A stretch of 63,326 nt of DNA, filler included, from Asterionella formosa (lineage: Eukaryota): NCBI GenBank assembly GCA_002256025.1. It is 4 parts of 4 records of this genome, joined end to end, with 100 filler letters (N's around TTAATTAATTAA, not from the genome) between each part and the next. Parts side by side here need not be neighbours in the genome. Positions count along the whole stretch, not along the records: positions 33,680 to 63,326 come from NKIB01000989.1; 3 more parts are not named here. One strand, given 5' to 3'. The translations under genes were made by a program, and so were the position numbers. The notes under the pieces were generated by a model that did not search any database, was not told the origin of the DNA, and was given only the letters and a program-made list of their open reading frames with translations. This document shows, piece after piece, positions 48,047 to 60,623 of the stretch; within the stretch, counting starts at the first letter, position 1; every line of letters begins with the position of its first letter.

Positions 48047-48975
48047 GGTGGAATTGAGATTTGAATTGGATGACTTTTGATGGGAGAATGTGTCGATCGA
48101 TGGGAGATTTTTTGGTCATAAAAACGTATATATCATAGGAAAATAAAGGTCAAAATCGAATACAGTACTAAACTATTTCCCACTGTTATCATTCTTCGCG
48201 CAACCTCCGCCCTTCTCCCCTCCTCCACCACCCCCAATGATCATGCACCTGAGAAATTCATGAAGTCGTTGTTGGGAGTGAGACCCACGAACGCGCAAGC
48301 ATAATCTCTGATGACGTCAGGCGCGCCAAAAAAATCCCCCGGCCGTCAGCCATTATGGCTTACCGGTACGTTGTATGTACCAGGTACCTGGTACTCACTC
48401 AGCTGGTACCAGGTACTACCAGGTACCAGGGTACCAGGGTAATATGGCGCGCGGAGGATGATGGGGTTCGGATACACATACATCATATGTACCAGTAAAT
48501 GAAGTACCCTATCGACGTTTTCATTTAATATACCGGTATAAATACTACGAAATGCTGTGGGTATGTGTACCGGTGTACGGTACCTGGTACTAAGGCAAAC
48601 AAGGAATGATAAACTAGTACGAGTGTGTACCGGCAGGTTTCAGAAGTGACACCGCCGACCGAGTTCACGAGCATGATGGCTATGTCGCTGTGTCGTTCAC
48701 GGCATTCAATTTAAAGGAGAGGATTTCTGCTGACACTCTTCAATCACAACGACCGAAACCTAGGCTACTGCATGAGTCGACGGATGCATCAGCGTACAAT
48801 CAATGAAGACACAGGAGTCAAGTCGACGAGAAGACCAGCGTCAACACCTTGAACATCCAACCCCTGCTGAATTGCGCATTAAAAAGAGCAAATCGAATTC
48901 TATTTCGTACTACTAGCATTCCTGTTGAACCTAGTAAGAAACTCTACTCATCCTGCCAGGAATCCAAGAAGGAAG

Positions 48976-50706
48976 ATGCACGCTGTCCCATGCACATTAG
49001 ACGTACCAAAACCAGATATGAACACCTCACAAGGCTTTGCATCTCATCGAAGGAGATCTCAGCGCACTTGTGCACAACGCATCGCTCAACATCGAATTCT
49101 GAACCAGAGCTCAAGAGCTGAAGTCGTTTCTCGGTGTGACACCCATTATATGATCGATCAGAATGGCTATACCAGCGTAGCCTTTCTCAACAAACACGAT
49201 ATTGTGTTGGGTGCTGATCAGTTTGGGAGAATAGACATTGTGCGCTTACCCCGTTACGGATCAGATGGAAGCGCAGAAGTTCTCGGAACGCGATTGGCAA
49301 CTAAGGTCGAGCTGAGACCATTTTGTGAGAAGTTATCTTTTGTCAAGCTCAAGAGTTTTCACAATGGCGAAGCTTTTGCAGTAGGCCTTCCCACTGGGGA
49401 ATTCCGAGTCTTTGCTACGGAACATGCTTATTCGTGGAGGACGGAACACTACAACAAGGGGAACGACATTCAACAGCGATTCATACCTGAACCTAGATTT
49501 AATTTGGATGGGTGGCGTTTCCTTGGACCCCGAAGAAGATACCATCGAGACTTTCTGGACTCCAGCCGAGCACTTCTGAATATGCTGGACAATCACAGAG
49601 GTAGTCCGGTAATGAACAACATGTCTCAAGTAATGGACTGGAATGACAACGACAGTCTCTCGAGACCATCAGACAGTCATAATTGGCTACGTCGCACTGA
49701 ATTTCTACCTGGAGGTTTCCCTTCTTTCAATGATGATGCACGTTGGGACTTTAGAGAGACACCGAGTGGATTGCACGCTGCATTTGTGGATCAAGAGCGG
49801 GATTGTTTTTCCATTCTGTTTCTCGACGATCGAACAAATTCAAATTCGAGACGACCCAAGCTCATGATAGATACAGATTCCAGAGACGATGCAAGACTTT
49901 GCCAAGAAGACGTCACTTCTATTTGCTTCGTCTCGGATAACTATCTTGTCACTTCTCACGTCTGGAAAAAGCCAAATCAACGGAACCCAACCAACGCACT
50001 GAAGCTTTGGGATATTCGAATGGCGTCAACGGGACGGTACGGAAAACATCTCGTTGAGAATGTTCTTCCTTCGTTTCCTCTCGACTCGGTTTCCAGGGCC
50101 AGTGCTGATACCACATGGCTCGCAAAAGTAAACTCAGATGACGCAGCAGACTGTCAACTGATTTCACATGACGTGAACACCGACTGGAGTTGCCCGTTTT
50201 CGGTCACGCGATTGTCATCCTCAGCTGAAGGTGTTGGGACTGTAATGGTGACCCTTCAAAGCATTTCGGGTCCGAAACTGATGGAACACTTGATCTTTGA
50301 CCCATGCGAAGGAAAAGTAGTTCACCGCCACCGCTCGATTAAGGCTGGGCTACCAAGTTGCAACGTCTCGTCACCAGTCTTTACCGTCAGTGCGTCACAC
50401 GATTTGTTTGCTTCCTATCAAATTGGCGACCACTCCGGGAACTCGAAGCTTTGCTTTCACACTTTCTCGCCTCCTAGGAGGAACGAGAGAAAACCTTCGA
50501 TGAAGATGAGTCGAAAGCGATCTAAGGATGATTTTCGATGTGAGTCGAAAGAGGATGAACAAGGATTCATGGGAGACATTTCGCCAAACGTTTTTGACCG
50601 GGACGGTATTCCATCGCGTATCACTGCTCTTGCTTTCAATGATACGAGTACATCACTTGTCGGAGGCACCCTTGACGGAGACATTTTTGTTTGGAGGGGC
50701 GGGTAA
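48976..50706 (+). CDS. Hypothetical protein with divergent WD40-like repeats
   Basis: Long intact ORF with WD-like ends (VTSICF..LKLWDIR; ITALAF..LVGGTLDGDIFVW). The start is uncertain, with a possible upstream exon from ATG 48772. Confidence 0.7.
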   Translation: MHAVPCTLDVPKPDMNTSQGFASHRRRSQRTCAQRIAQHRILNQSSRAEVVSRCDTHYMIDQNGYTSVAFLNKHDIVLGADQFGRIDIVRLPRYGSDGSAEVLGTRLATKVELRPFCEKLSFVKLKSFHNGEAFAVGLPTGEFRVFATEHAYSWRTEHYNKGNDIQQRFIPEPRFNLDGWRFLGPRRRYHRDFLDSSRALLNMLDNHRGSPVMNNMSQVMDWNDNDSLSRPSDSHNWLRRTEFLPGGFPSFNDDARWDFRETPSGLHAAFVDQERDCFSILFLDDRTNSNSRRPKLMIDTDSRDDARLCQEDVTSICFVSDNYLVTSHVWKKPNQRNPTNALKLWDIRMASTGRYGKHLVENVLPSFPLDSVSRASADTTWLAKVNSDDAADCQLISHDVNTDWSCPFSVTRLSSSAEGVGTVMVTLQSISGPKLMEHLIFDPCEGKVVHRHRSIKAGLPSCNVSSPVFTVSASHDLFASYQIGDHSGNSKLCFHTFSPPRRNERKPSMKMSRKRSKDDFRCESKEDEQGFMGDISPNVFDRDGIPSRITALAFNDTSTSLVGGTLDGDIFVWRGG

Positions 50707-51014
50707 TCACTATGCAAACAACGCCAAATGCAAGATTTCTTCTCACTAGGAATGTTGACACAGTGTCATTTGCCTACACTTCCACAACGACACTACCGCG
50801 TTCCACATGCACTGTAATCAGTTTTTGTGGCAGGAATGATAAATGTGGGCAGGGTTGAATTTTCCTGTTTATCCGCAAATCGGTAACTTTAGAAGCCACT
50901 TTTTAGAGCTTTTAATTGCTGTGGTTTCGGTCAGATGCCCCAAATGGTATAGTAGAGTATAGTATATATAATATATATAAAATGTAAGAGTCAGTCAGGA
51001 TAACAAATATCGGC

Positions 51015-53408
51015 TCATGTTTTAGCTAGAGTCAGAGTCAACAATCCGGTTCGCGACATTATTGATGATATTCGTAGATTCAATCGATCGCCTGGAAGCA
51101 ATTCTCCCATTTCAGAAATATATTTCTGTTCAAATCCAATCTCTGGCAAGTATAATACATACTGCTGTTTATCGTTGTCCACACATCCGAGCACCAAGGC
51201 ATTAAACACCGGAGGATCGGTCTCCATTCTTCTTGAGAGGTACTCAAACAACCAGTATTGCTGAGAATTCCGTTGTACCTGCCGTGACGCGGTCACCAAG
51301 GCTTGTCCTCTGGCATAATCAATGTCTCTGTCGACTTCAGCGGGACCAATTTTTGAGGAAACAGTCCCTTCCATAGATGGTATAGGACATCCAAGATCAG
51401 CTTCACTTAGCTGCGAAGGCAAAGGTTTTCCACATTTGATAAGTTCGTTTACTTTCTCTCGACGGAGATATCTCTTAACTGCACAGTGCACAAGCAAATC
51501 ACTTAGACGCCGAATTGGGCTTGTCCACTGTACATAACTATCAATCCCTAGACCAGAATGTGGATTGGCTTGTTCTGATATTTTTACCGCAGAGAAGAAT
51601 CTCCGTGCATACCAGGCTTGGCAGTAGCCACCCCCTACATTGTCATCGAGGAGAGCTTTCATTACATTATATTCGCTTGAGCGAGCGAGGAAATCCGGTT
51701 TGGGCTGTGCCCGGAATGGGAGACGTAAGCCATTGTCAATTGCGTTGAAGGAAGGCGCATTTATTCGCTCATTATCACATCGAAACTTCCACGCTCCAAG
51801 AGCTTCGCCAGCCATAATCATCATTTCCGTCACCAACATAAATGAGGGCGATGCGGGAGCAGCAAAGCCTAACGTACCACACTCCGCATCCGCTGTAATA
51901 TTCTTGCCTGTATTATGTGTCGCTTCAACACCGACTTTAATACCAATGCCATCCGGTGAATCTTTATCAGGGAACGTAGAAACAGTAACTTGTGGCATGG
52001 GGTTGGGAATCATTGCTTCCGTCGATCCGTTTTTCATCCTATACTTCCGACGCTTTGTTGCAGCGGCATGCAACGCTCCAAGCTGCCATTCCTCACTGTA
52101 TCCCACTCCTTCCTCCAGCATTTCGTCAACATCGTCGTAAGTCAAACGGAAGGAAACGTTTATTTCGGATGGCGTCACTTCAATGCTTGCTGCATCAATA
52201 GAGCCATCAGGGTTCAATTCTACACCCAACGAGAGTGCACATACATCAGTATTCGCGGTCAACGACATCGCCGCCTGACTCAACACGCTGGGAAACATAG
52301 GAATCGAAACCCCAGGTAAGTAGTGGGAGGTCCATCGTCGCTGAGCCAGCTCAAATATCTCAGTATGTCGTGGTGCCCATCGATCTGCGTCAGCGATGTG
52401 CACCCAAAAGCGTTGCTTCGTAGTGCCATCTGCGTTCTCAACCACCTCCACAGACAAACCGTCATCAATCTCGTAGGTGGATACCCCGTCGATGGTATAT
52501 ACTTTTTGATGCCTTAGATCTTTTCTGATGCCTAGCATTCTATCTGGATCACTAGTTGATGTCGCCGCTTCTCTCGCAACAGCCTCTTGTTCGTCGGTAA
52601 AGCGAATAGGAAATCCACTCCGCAGGAGTGATATATCTTCATGCTTTGACCATGCGCCCAGAGCCACCAATAACTCAAATGCTCCCAGCGATGATCGTTT
52701 CCATGCAAGTGCCGCCAAAAGCTGTGTTCCAGCGGCCTGGTTAACTTCATACTTGATCCGTCGGATGGATTGCTCATTCCACTGTGTCACATCGACGCTA
52801 GCTTCGGGTAGTCTCAGGTGTGCGACCATTCGTTGTAGCTGATCCGGTGTTCCCTTTATTCCTGTTTGCATTGCTGCGATACATAGTGACTGCAAGGAAA
52901 TAATCGCCCCGTAAATTACGTCCTTTTCTTGCACCTCGGCCGCTGCTGGCGATAGAAATAGGTTCTCGAGTATCTGCTCGCCCTCAAGAGTGCAAGTAAG
53001 GTGTAAGAAGCGTCCTTTTGCCAACTCATAGGCTTTGTTGCTCTTCAGTTCAACGGGTGTCGTTGGGGGCGCTTCAGGAGTATATTTGAGTTCCTCTAAC
53101 CTATTTTTGATGAGGGTTGCCATGAGCCTCAACGATTCTTTTTCAATGGCAATGAATTTTCCATCCTGCGCAAAAATGTCGTCATCGAAGCGACCATCAT
53201 CAGTCCTTGGGAACCAGGTCGAAGCCAAGCGATCTTTGGCACTTTGCGACGGTGCCATGCACAGCGACGACGTTATTATCCTGTTTGGTATTTCCTTCGA
53301 CCCTGACTTGACAATAAAGCAAGTTGCCACGAGGAATATATTGGCCGCAACCAGCACCATCGTCCAACATCTTTGTATTGAGACAAACGGCCTCGCTGTT
53401 CTCATCAT
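51015..53408 (-). CDS. RNase II/R (RNB domain) exoribonuclease, probably plastid-targeted
   Basis: Catalytic motif YTIDGVSTYEIDDGLS, plus WVHIAD, LVTEMMI and HSGLG..YVQWTSPIRRLSDL. The signal peptide ends ATC|F. The start is 53408 or 53360. Confidence 0.88.
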   Translation of the reverse strand: MMRTARPFVSIQRCWTMVLVAANIFLVATCFIVKSGSKEIPNRIITSSLCMAPSQSAKDRLASTWFPRTDDGRFDDDIFAQDGKFIAIEKESLRLMATLIKNRLEELKYTPEAPPTTPVELKSNKAYELAKGRFLHLTCTLEGEQILENLFLSPAAAEVQEKDVIYGAIISLQSLCIAAMQTGIKGTPDQLQRMVAHLRLPEASVDVTQWNEQSIRRIKYEVNQAAGTQLLAALAWKRSSLGAFELLVALGAWSKHEDISLLRSGFPIRFTDEQEAVAREAATSTSDPDRMLGIRKDLRHQKVYTIDGVSTYEIDDGLSVEVVENADGTTKQRFWVHIADADRWAPRHTEIFELAQRRWTSHYLPGVSIPMFPSVLSQAAMSLTANTDVCALSLGVELNPDGSIDAASIEVTPSEINVSFRLTYDDVDEMLEEGVGYSEEWQLGALHAAATKRRKYRMKNGSTEAMIPNPMPQVTVSTFPDKDSPDGIGIKVGVEATHNTGKNITADAECGTLGFAAPASPSFMLVTEMMIMAGEALGAWKFRCDNERINAPSFNAIDNGLRLPFRAQPKPDFLARSSEYNVMKALLDDNVGGGYCQAWYARRFFSAVKISEQANPHSGLGIDSYVQWTSPIRRLSDLLVHCAVKRYLRREKVNELIKCGKPLPSQLSEADLGCPIPSMEGTVSSKIGPAEVDRDIDYARGQALVTASRQVQRNSQQYWLFEYLSRRMETDPPVFNALVLGCVDNDKQQYVLYLPEIGFEQKYISEMGELLPGDRLNLRISSIMSRTGLLTLTLAKT

Positions 53409-53831
53409 CGCAATCAAAGTTGGTCTTGGGGAATGGCAACCAACCTGTGTCGACACTCAGCAAGGGTTTTGTTCGTTGGAGGTTATTTTTATAATATGTT
53501 GGTGTACCGGTGTTAAAATCAAAAAAAATCCAGTGCATATTTTATCACCAGTATGTACAGCGGCTCTACATACAAGAATAAACGTCACTCCTTTGTCGCC
53601 CTGGTAATTATTTTTATGTACTACCAGTCTACCGGTACTACCGGTATGTATGATAGTATGATGAAAGTGAGAAGAACAGCACTACCGTATACCGGTACCG
53701 GTACCAGTAGTAAACAAATGAACATGATGTGGTGTGTCAGTGGTGAATCATACATACCGAAATCTCTAAAATCAACATATTTCAGATCCACTATGTACCG
53801 ATACGCAAATACATTTTGGCTTCAGGAGAAA

Positions 53832-55601
53832 ATGTCGTCAACTAGTTTGATCCGTGTCATGCTATGCCTTTCTTGGCAGTCGGCAGTATCTTTTTCTGCC
53901 ATTCCGCAGTCAACACACCACCAGCGTTGCCAGACTCGTATTTCTGCAGCCTCTCCCAGCGCCGACGAGTTGAAATCGAATGCTCCTCGGCCCAGCAAGT
54001 CTGTGCCCTCTGATTCTTATGATGTTATAGTCGTTGGATCGGGAATTGGCGGCCTGAGTTGCGCGGCAATGCTCGCCCACTATGGATACTCAGTTGCAGT
54101 CCTGGAATCTCACTATGCTCCCGGAGGATGCGCCCACGGATTTAGAATTGCCGACAAAGAGCTTGGTGGAGACTTTGTATTTGACACGGGTCCTTCCTTT
54201 TTTTCAGGACTCAATCCCACATTGCCTGCCAAGGCTTCGAATCCACTGCGCACCATCTTGGACGTTATTGAGGAGCAAGTGGAATGCACGCCTTACTCTA
54301 CTTTTGGTCTGAAGTTACCAGAAGGTGACTTTGTGCATACGCCTAATTTTGGTGGGGCGGGAGGGGTTCTGGATCAAGTTTCTGGAAGCCAGGCGACGAA
54401 GGAATGGTCGAAACTTATGGAAACGATGAAGCCACTAGAGAATGCTGTCAACGCATTGCCGACAGCTGCACTCCGCGCTGACATTGGAACGTTGATTACA
54501 GTTGCTCCGTTTCTGCCTAACTTTGCCTCCCTAAATCCATTGGAGAATCTCAAACTAACTACTTCTTTTCAGACCATCATTGACGCAGCAGGGGTTACGA
54601 ATAAATTCACCAAAAATTGGTTAGACTTACTCTGCTTTTGTTTATCAGGCCTCCCAGCCAAGGGCACCATTACTGCAGAAATGGCTATGATGATGGGAGA
54701 ATTCTACCAAGAAGGAGCTGTCATGGATTGTCCAAAAGGCGGAGCCAAATCTATCGTGGATGCGTTGGTGAGAGGGATCGAAAAGAAAGGAGGATCAATC
54801 TTTCTCAATTCTCACGTTGACAAAATTACAATTACAAAGGGAAAAGCTACTGGGGTCCGACTGAGGAAAAGTAACCGTAGGATCAATGCCAAAATGGCTG
54901 TTGTAAGTAACTTATCGGTTTGGGACCTTTTTGGGAGCGGTATTGTGGACACCACAGCTTTTCCGGAGGCATTTGTCAAAAGTCGATTAGAATTTCCAGT
55001 TGGAAAGTCATTCATGCATCTACACATTGGATTTAGAGCAACGAAAAAAGACTTGGCAAAAATGGAGGCACATTATATGTTCATGGATGATTGGGATCGA
55101 GGAACTGAGGCCGACGAGAATGCTGTTTTACTATCAATTCCATCGGTATACGATGATTCCCTGGCACCGGACGGTTATGCGGTCCTGCATATTTACACAC
55201 CAGCAACCGAGGACTTTTCTCGATGGGATAATGTCGACAGAAAATCCAAGGAATATGAAGCATTGAAGGAGGAACGAAGTGCTTACTTGTGGAATGTTTT
55301 GGAGAAATTCATTCCTGATATCAGGGAGCGAGCCCGTGTCGTCCGAGTTGGTACACCACTAACACATCAACGATTCTTGAGACGACATAGAGGTTCCTAC
55401 GGCCCCGCAATCCAACCTGATGAAGGATCCTTTCCATTCCCAGGCACACCAATAAAGGGGCTACTTGTTTGCGGAGATTCTTGTTTTCCTGGAATAGGTA
55501 TACCAGCTGTTGCCGGATCTGGGTTCCTAACGGCTAATTCAGTCTCCTTCGACTCTATTCAGCCTCAAAGAAAGATGCTAAAAAAGCTCCAAAAGAGGTA
55601 A
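53832..55601 (+). CDS. Carotenoid isomerase (CRTISO)-like FAD oxidoreductase, plastid-targeted
   Basis: ATG 53832 and signal ending AVS|F. Motifs [54 protein letters not shown] and [18 protein letters not shown]. Confidence 0.88.
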   Translation: MSSTSLIRVMLCLSWQSAVSFSAIPQSTHHQRCQTRISAASPSADELKSNAPRPSKSVPSDSYDVIVVGSGIGGLSCAAMLAHYGYSVAVLESHYAPGGCAHGFRIADKELGGDFVFDTGPSFFSGLNPTLPAKASNPLRTILDVIEEQVECTPYSTFGLKLPEGDFVHTPNFGGAGGVLDQVSGSQATKEWSKLMETMKPLENAVNALPTAALRADIGTLITVAPFLPNFASLNPLENLKLTTSFQTIIDAAGVTNKFTKNWLDLLCFCLSGLPAKGTITAEMAMMMGEFYQEGAVMDCPKGGAKSIVDALVRGIEKKGGSIFLNSHVDKITITKGKATGVRLRKSNRRINAKMAVVSNLSVWDLFGSGIVDTTAFPEAFVKSRLEFPVGKSFMHLHIGFRATKKDLAKMEAHYMFMDDWDRGTEADENAVLLSIPSVYDDSLAPDGYAVLHIYTPATEDFSRWDNVDRKSKEYEALKEERSAYLWNVLEKFIPDIRERARVVRVGTPLTHQRFLRRHRGSYGPAIQPDEGSFPFPGTPIKGLLVCGDSCFPGIGIPAVAGSGFLTANSVSFDSIQPQRKMLKKLQKR

Positions 55602-55636
55602 TAACACAATTTTCTGTGGCAAGAATTAAAATGTGC

Positions 55637-57152
55637 CTAGTGCGTCGCAATGCTCTCCAGCATGTCAAAGTAGGTAGGGAACGTTTTCGCCGTGCAACCA
55701 GGATCTTCGATAATCACATTGACTCCACCGCATGCCGCTAGACTGAAAGTCATGGCCATTCTATGGTCATCATAAGTCTCGATCACAACATTATCGTTTA
55801 TCTTGTTGTCCTTTGGTGGATGAATGATGCAGTAATCATGAAACTCCTCCACAGTTCCACCCAACTTGGTGCACTCAGCAACGATTGCTTTCATTCTTTC
55901 AGTCTCCTTCAGTCGCCAAGAGTAAACATTGCGAATTGTAGTAGGTCCTTCGGCAAACAAAGCTACAACACCCAATGTCATGGCAGCATCAGGAATTTTT
56001 CCACAGTCAACATCAACTCCCTTCAACTTGACACTTGGATCACGAGTCACCGTGATACTATCTGCAGCCCAGGTCACAGTGGCCCCCATTTGCTCCATAA
56101 CATTGGCGAACGCTACATCGCCTTGCACACTCTCCGATCCACAACCACGGACAGTGACTGTTCCTCCTGTTATGGCAGCTCCAGCTACAAAGTAACTAGC
56201 CGAACTCGCGTCACCTTCGACCAAAATCTTTTGAGGCGACATGTACTTTTGCTCAGCAGAAATATGGAAAGAGGGGGTTCCATTCATGTCACCTTCAATA
56301 TCAACAGTGACCCCAAACTTCTTCATCAAACCGATAGTAAGTGAAACATACGGAGCCGAAATCAGCTCGTCTTTGATGGAAATGGTTACGTCACCATCCA
56401 CAATAGGAGCAGCCATCAAGAGTGACGATAGGAACTGAGAGGACATTTTTCCACTGATAGACGCCTGAATCGAAGTGAGTGCAGGAAACCCAACGCGCCT
56501 GCAAAATGATGCAACTTCCATGACTCACCTTTCCGCCTTTCAATCCATTCGCATTGATAGTGACAGGAGGACAACCAGTCTCTTCGACACACGTAACATC
56601 GGCACCAAGCTGCCGCAATCCATCAATGAGGTCGGCGATAGGTCGCTCACGCATTCGAGGAACACCATCCAAGACAAACTTCCCTTTTCCCATACACAAG
56701 GCAGCAGCCAACGGTCTCATAGCAGTGCCGGCATTTCCCAAGAAGAGGTCACAAACTTGTTCTGGATCAGGGGAGTTGATTGGTCCAGCTTGTCCGGTGA
56801 CAATCACGGTGTCAGCGTTCACTCGCTCGACCGGAACATTCATCTGATCGAGCGCTTCGAGCATGAAGCGGATATCATCGCTCTCTAGTAAGTTCTCAAC
56901 TACGGTACTTCCCTCGCTCAACGCGGCCAAAAGCAAACATCTGTTACTCAAAGACTTGGATCCTGGTAGCGTGACAATTCCATCTAATGACTTGATGGGT
57001 GTCACTGTCAGCGTCTCCAACTTTTGCGCAGAAGCAGCCAGCGCAGTTGCCTTTGTTCCGAAATTCGCCTTCGTAAATGCAAAGCTATTGGCAGAATGGG
57101 TCATGCCCAAAATGCAGAAAGCAGCACGAAGGATCGTCATCGTCAACAACAT
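55637..57152 (-). CDS. aroA: EPSP synthase (stand-alone, plastid-targeted)
   Basis: Exons 57152-56529 and 56464-55637 (64 bp GT-AG intron). Motifs [59 protein letters not shown] and KTFP. The signal ends ANS|F. Confidence 0.96.
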
Positions 57153-58240
57153 GGATCAGCCTACCGGTATGCAAGTAGTATTGTAATTTTTTGTTGAAGA
57201 CGAACTGAATAGGAAAAAAAAGTACCTGGTCGGTGAAATATTTTCCTTGCACCGCATCACTTGCTCAAAGTAACGTTGATGTATCATGCGAATCTTGGCG
57301 CCAAAATTGAGGGGCTATCCTGCAGTTCATATTTTGCTCATCGCACTCATACTAGATCACATGTAACGACGTCGTGATGGTACGGACAGACGATCCAATC
57401 GCTCACGCTGCTCCTGTCGACGGTCTGACTTACTACAGTACGAATACCGGTAGTGATGATAGATGCATTACCACATAGGGAGTGTGTTCCGGTATCCATG
57501 CTGTGGGACCATCTTCCAGCCTGCTACGCACGGGTACACATGTGTTCCCTCACATCATTAGGTAACTCCTGTTGTGAGCGCCTGGTTTTGTAAGGCAAGG
57601 TTATGGGTGTACTACCTAGTACCTGGTACCTGGGTCTATTGCATTACCGGTAGTAACAGGTGCCAGGGTACCTGGTACCCTGTTACTCGAAGGAAGTACC
57701 AGGTACCAGGTTTGAGGTTTGGGCCCAGCAATCTTCTTACCCTACCGGTATTCGTATGGTAACTGGTAACTGGTACCAGTACCGTACCAGGTACCAGGTA
57801 CCACCTGGTGCACTACACTACCACATGTGAAAGTACGGTCGCACCCGGAACACGAGGTAACAGGTACATATCGTAGACTGTGAATGCATACAAGGAAAAA
57901 TGCAGCACGTCCATGTTCAAGAAGCACAAGGTTGTGTCAGAGGCAGGCGCTTATTATATAAGTACATATCATTAGGAAATATATTCGTGTATGAGCATAA
58001 ATTATTGATATATAATATGTGTATATTTCCAACAGTATGTATATCTGGTAGCAGGTACCCCATTACCTTTGTACTCTACTGAATGTATGAAACAAATTTG
58101 TCAGAAATATGTCAGCAGCACTAAAAGTTGTACCCCGGCCGGTAACAAATACCGGTACCGGTATGCAGTCTCTGCTATCATCCCACCTACTCGGGAAACT
58201 GATGGCTATTCTGTCCTAACAGAACCTCCCAGTCCAGACG

Positions 58241-59341
58241 ATGTTGTCCCGTTCTTCGAGGGTATGTGCCTCTCTCTGGCGAAGACGATTCGCCACTCGA
58301 TCCTCCACTGCAGTAGCTCTTCGATGGAACTTAACCCATGCGTCGAAGAAGTCACTCCTAACAAGTTCTGCCATGATGCTCAGTGGAGGAGCGCTTCTTG
58401 CTTCATCCATGTGGACGGTGTGCGAAAGTCAGGAGGCTGACCGATTCCATCAATGCTTGGAATATCATCGTGAAAACCTGGAGGAATTTCGGAGAAAGTG
58501 GGATTATAATAATCCGAGCAGTCGAACTCCAACAACGACCGGTTGGCCCAGGAACATACCTTCAGATGAGGAGATATCAATGCTTGAAGTAGACTTGATG
58601 TACTGTAAGAAGTCACCTCAGTATCAAAATGACAAGAGATACTTTAAGAGCCTCCAGTTTCGCATTGCGAATTACTATTTGAGGCAAAATTCAAAGGAAG
58701 ATCAGTACAAGGGGTACCTATTGATGAAGGAGCTGGCGAATGTTGGTTACCCTGACGGCATGTGTATGTATGGCATAATATTGAACGAAGGCCGCGTCGT
58801 GGATGCTGATCCGAATCAAGCTTGCATCTGGTGGAGACGAGCTGTGGAGGAACATCGTCATATCTATTCCTGTCATGAGCTTGGAGTTGCGTTCTATACT
58901 GGTGAAGGCGTCCCTGAAAACGAGGAACAGGCTGTTTACTACTTCCATAAAGCAGCTGAGCAAGGTCACCCGGGAGCAGCCTACATGTTAGGAGACTGCT
59001 TATTAGATGGCGTAGGGATAGAACGGGATCGAGCAGATGCCTTGGAGTGGTTGATTCTTGCTGGAGACTTGGGCCACCGAGGAGCACGAAGTCGAGTAAT
59101 GGCTGTACTAGAGAAACAGGAGGGCGAGGACTATGGACGTTTCACGGATTCTAGTCGGCAAACAATTAAAGAATTTATCAATGCGCAGAAAGAGGAAGAA
59201 TCAAGGTGGACTGCAGACGATTTGAAGAACATACCCTTGCTAGAGCGTCGATTTACCAAAGGTGGGGGCACCGACAACCCAGTCATTCTGAAACGACGGA
59301 AAACGGTGGCCGAAAGGAGCCGACCAAAAATGGAGGAATAG
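58241..59341 (+). CDS. Sel1-like repeat protein, probably mitochondrial
   Basis: Repeats ELGVAFYTGEGVPENEEQAVYYFHKAAEQGHPGAAYMLG and GVGIERDRADALEW, with an Arg/Ser-rich presequence. Confidence 0.85.
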   Translation: MLSRSSRVCASLWRRRFATRSSTAVALRWNLTHASKKSLLTSSAMMLSGGALLASSMWTVCESQEADRFHQCLEYHRENLEEFRRKWDYNNPSSRTPTTTGWPRNIPSDEEISMLEVDLMYCKKSPQYQNDKRYFKSLQFRIANYYLRQNSKEDQYKGYLLMKELANVGYPDGMCMYGIILNEGRVVDADPNQACIWWRRAVEEHRHIYSCHELGVAFYTGEGVPENEEQAVYYFHKAAEQGHPGAAYMLGDCLLDGVGIERDRADALEWLILAGDLGHRGARSRVMAVLEKQEGEDYGRFTDSSRQTIKEFINAQKEEESRWTADDLKNIPLLERRFTKGGGTDNPVILKRRKTVAERSRPKMEE

Positions 59342-59600
59342 CAAGAAAGAAAATCGGGCTTTAGTTGATTGTTATGCTGCTACATAGCACTCAATGATTC
59401 CTGCCTAGCTATAATCTGTGTATCCCATAATGAGTGTCGTATTCATGTATAATGGTTGAATTGTTGGGTTATAGTCAACCGTATTCCTCGTCGTTGAACT
59501 TTCTATTAGGCAACTTCAAGAAGCCTGCCACCCATGCTTATTATTTCGCTATCATTCAATCTGACTGTCGTTAGCGAAAGGGCCCTACAAACTGTCTATT

Positions 59601-60623
59601 CTAGTTCTGTTTTGTGTCGAGAAGAAAGATGTCAGCCGCCTTGTGCATGACACCACGGTGCAAATGCGCAGGAATTTTCTTTTCCATCTCCTTTTTGACA
59701 AGAAACGCGTCTCGTAGGAGCATGTTCTCTTGTTGACCAGATAGAGGAACAAGCACTCGCCGGAAGACAACGTCTGCGCCTCTGAACATTGGTAAGAAGA
59801 GATAAACAGTGGTAACCAAGCACAAAGAGTAGAACCCAGGGATGGAACCCACAAAGTTTTCCAAGTAGTCCATAGATATGAACAGCAAGCTGAAACAAGA
59901 CCAATAGGTCAACCAAAAGGTTTCGTCTTCTGATCGGGTGGTAATAGACACTGTGGAAGCAACAATTGGATAAATGGTGCCTACAGCAACCACAACAAAG
60001 CGACGTGCCTCTTCAGGCAATGTCATGAAAGTTGACCACAAAATCCAGATATATCCTGAGTTTACAACTGCCATGAGGAATTCAATCTTTCCATCCATAG
60101 ACTTTTTGATGCTTATGGCAACTGGTGCAATAAAAGGCTCGGTAAAGACATCATAAATCAAAGTGCTCCCATCTGTGAATGGCGAGAGGAACCAAAGAGT
60201 GCAAAAGAACTCAAGCTCATGCCAATGTTCAGCCAACGCAGGAGCACTCAGTCTAAAAGAGTCCATAAATTCTGTAGCGTAGGTAAATGTAGCGTTGACT
60301 ATCCAAAATTGCAACCATACTTCGTCATCTGAATCTCCGATAGTGCAAACGGCAACAATGCTCTCGTAAATGGGTACGAGGCTTCCAGCAATAAGGACCC
60401 CTGCCTGAGAGAATAGTACGTTTTGTATGCTTTCAGGGACGAAGAAAAAACATAAAATTGCCGCTCCGAGAAATATGAGATGATTGAAAGGATTCCGTCC
60501 ACGAGTACGCTTGACCTTCGCTAGGATTGGAATGAGCAAAGCAAAAACTCCAATTGAGACAGTGTAGATAGCCCATTTTGGAACTTCTTGCTCACTTATA
60601 AGCTCGTCAGTTTGCTTTGACAT
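59601..60623 (-). CDS. Tandem TB2/DP1/HVA22 (REEP-like) membrane protein
   Basis: Two repeats, PIYESIVAV..DDEVWLQFW..LWFLSP and YPIVAS..DETFWLTYW..YLFLPMFRGA, from ATG 60623. Confidence 0.85.
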   Translation of the reverse strand: MSKQTDELISEQEVPKWAIYTVSIGVFALLIPILAKVKRTRGRNPFNHLIFLGAAILCFFFVPESIQNVLFSQAGVLIAGSLVPIYESIVAVCTIGDSDDEVWLQFWIVNATFTYATEFMDSFRLSAPALAEHWHELEFFCTLWFLSPFTDGSTLIYDVFTEPFIAPVAISIKKSMDGKIEFLMAVVNSGYIWILWSTFMTLPEEARRFVVVAVGTIYPIVASTVSITTRSEDETFWLTYWSCFSLLFISMDYLENFVGSIPGFYSLCLVTTVYLFLPMFRGADVVFRRVLVPLSGQQENMLLRDAFLVKKEMEKKIPAHLHRGVMHKAADIFLLDTKQN

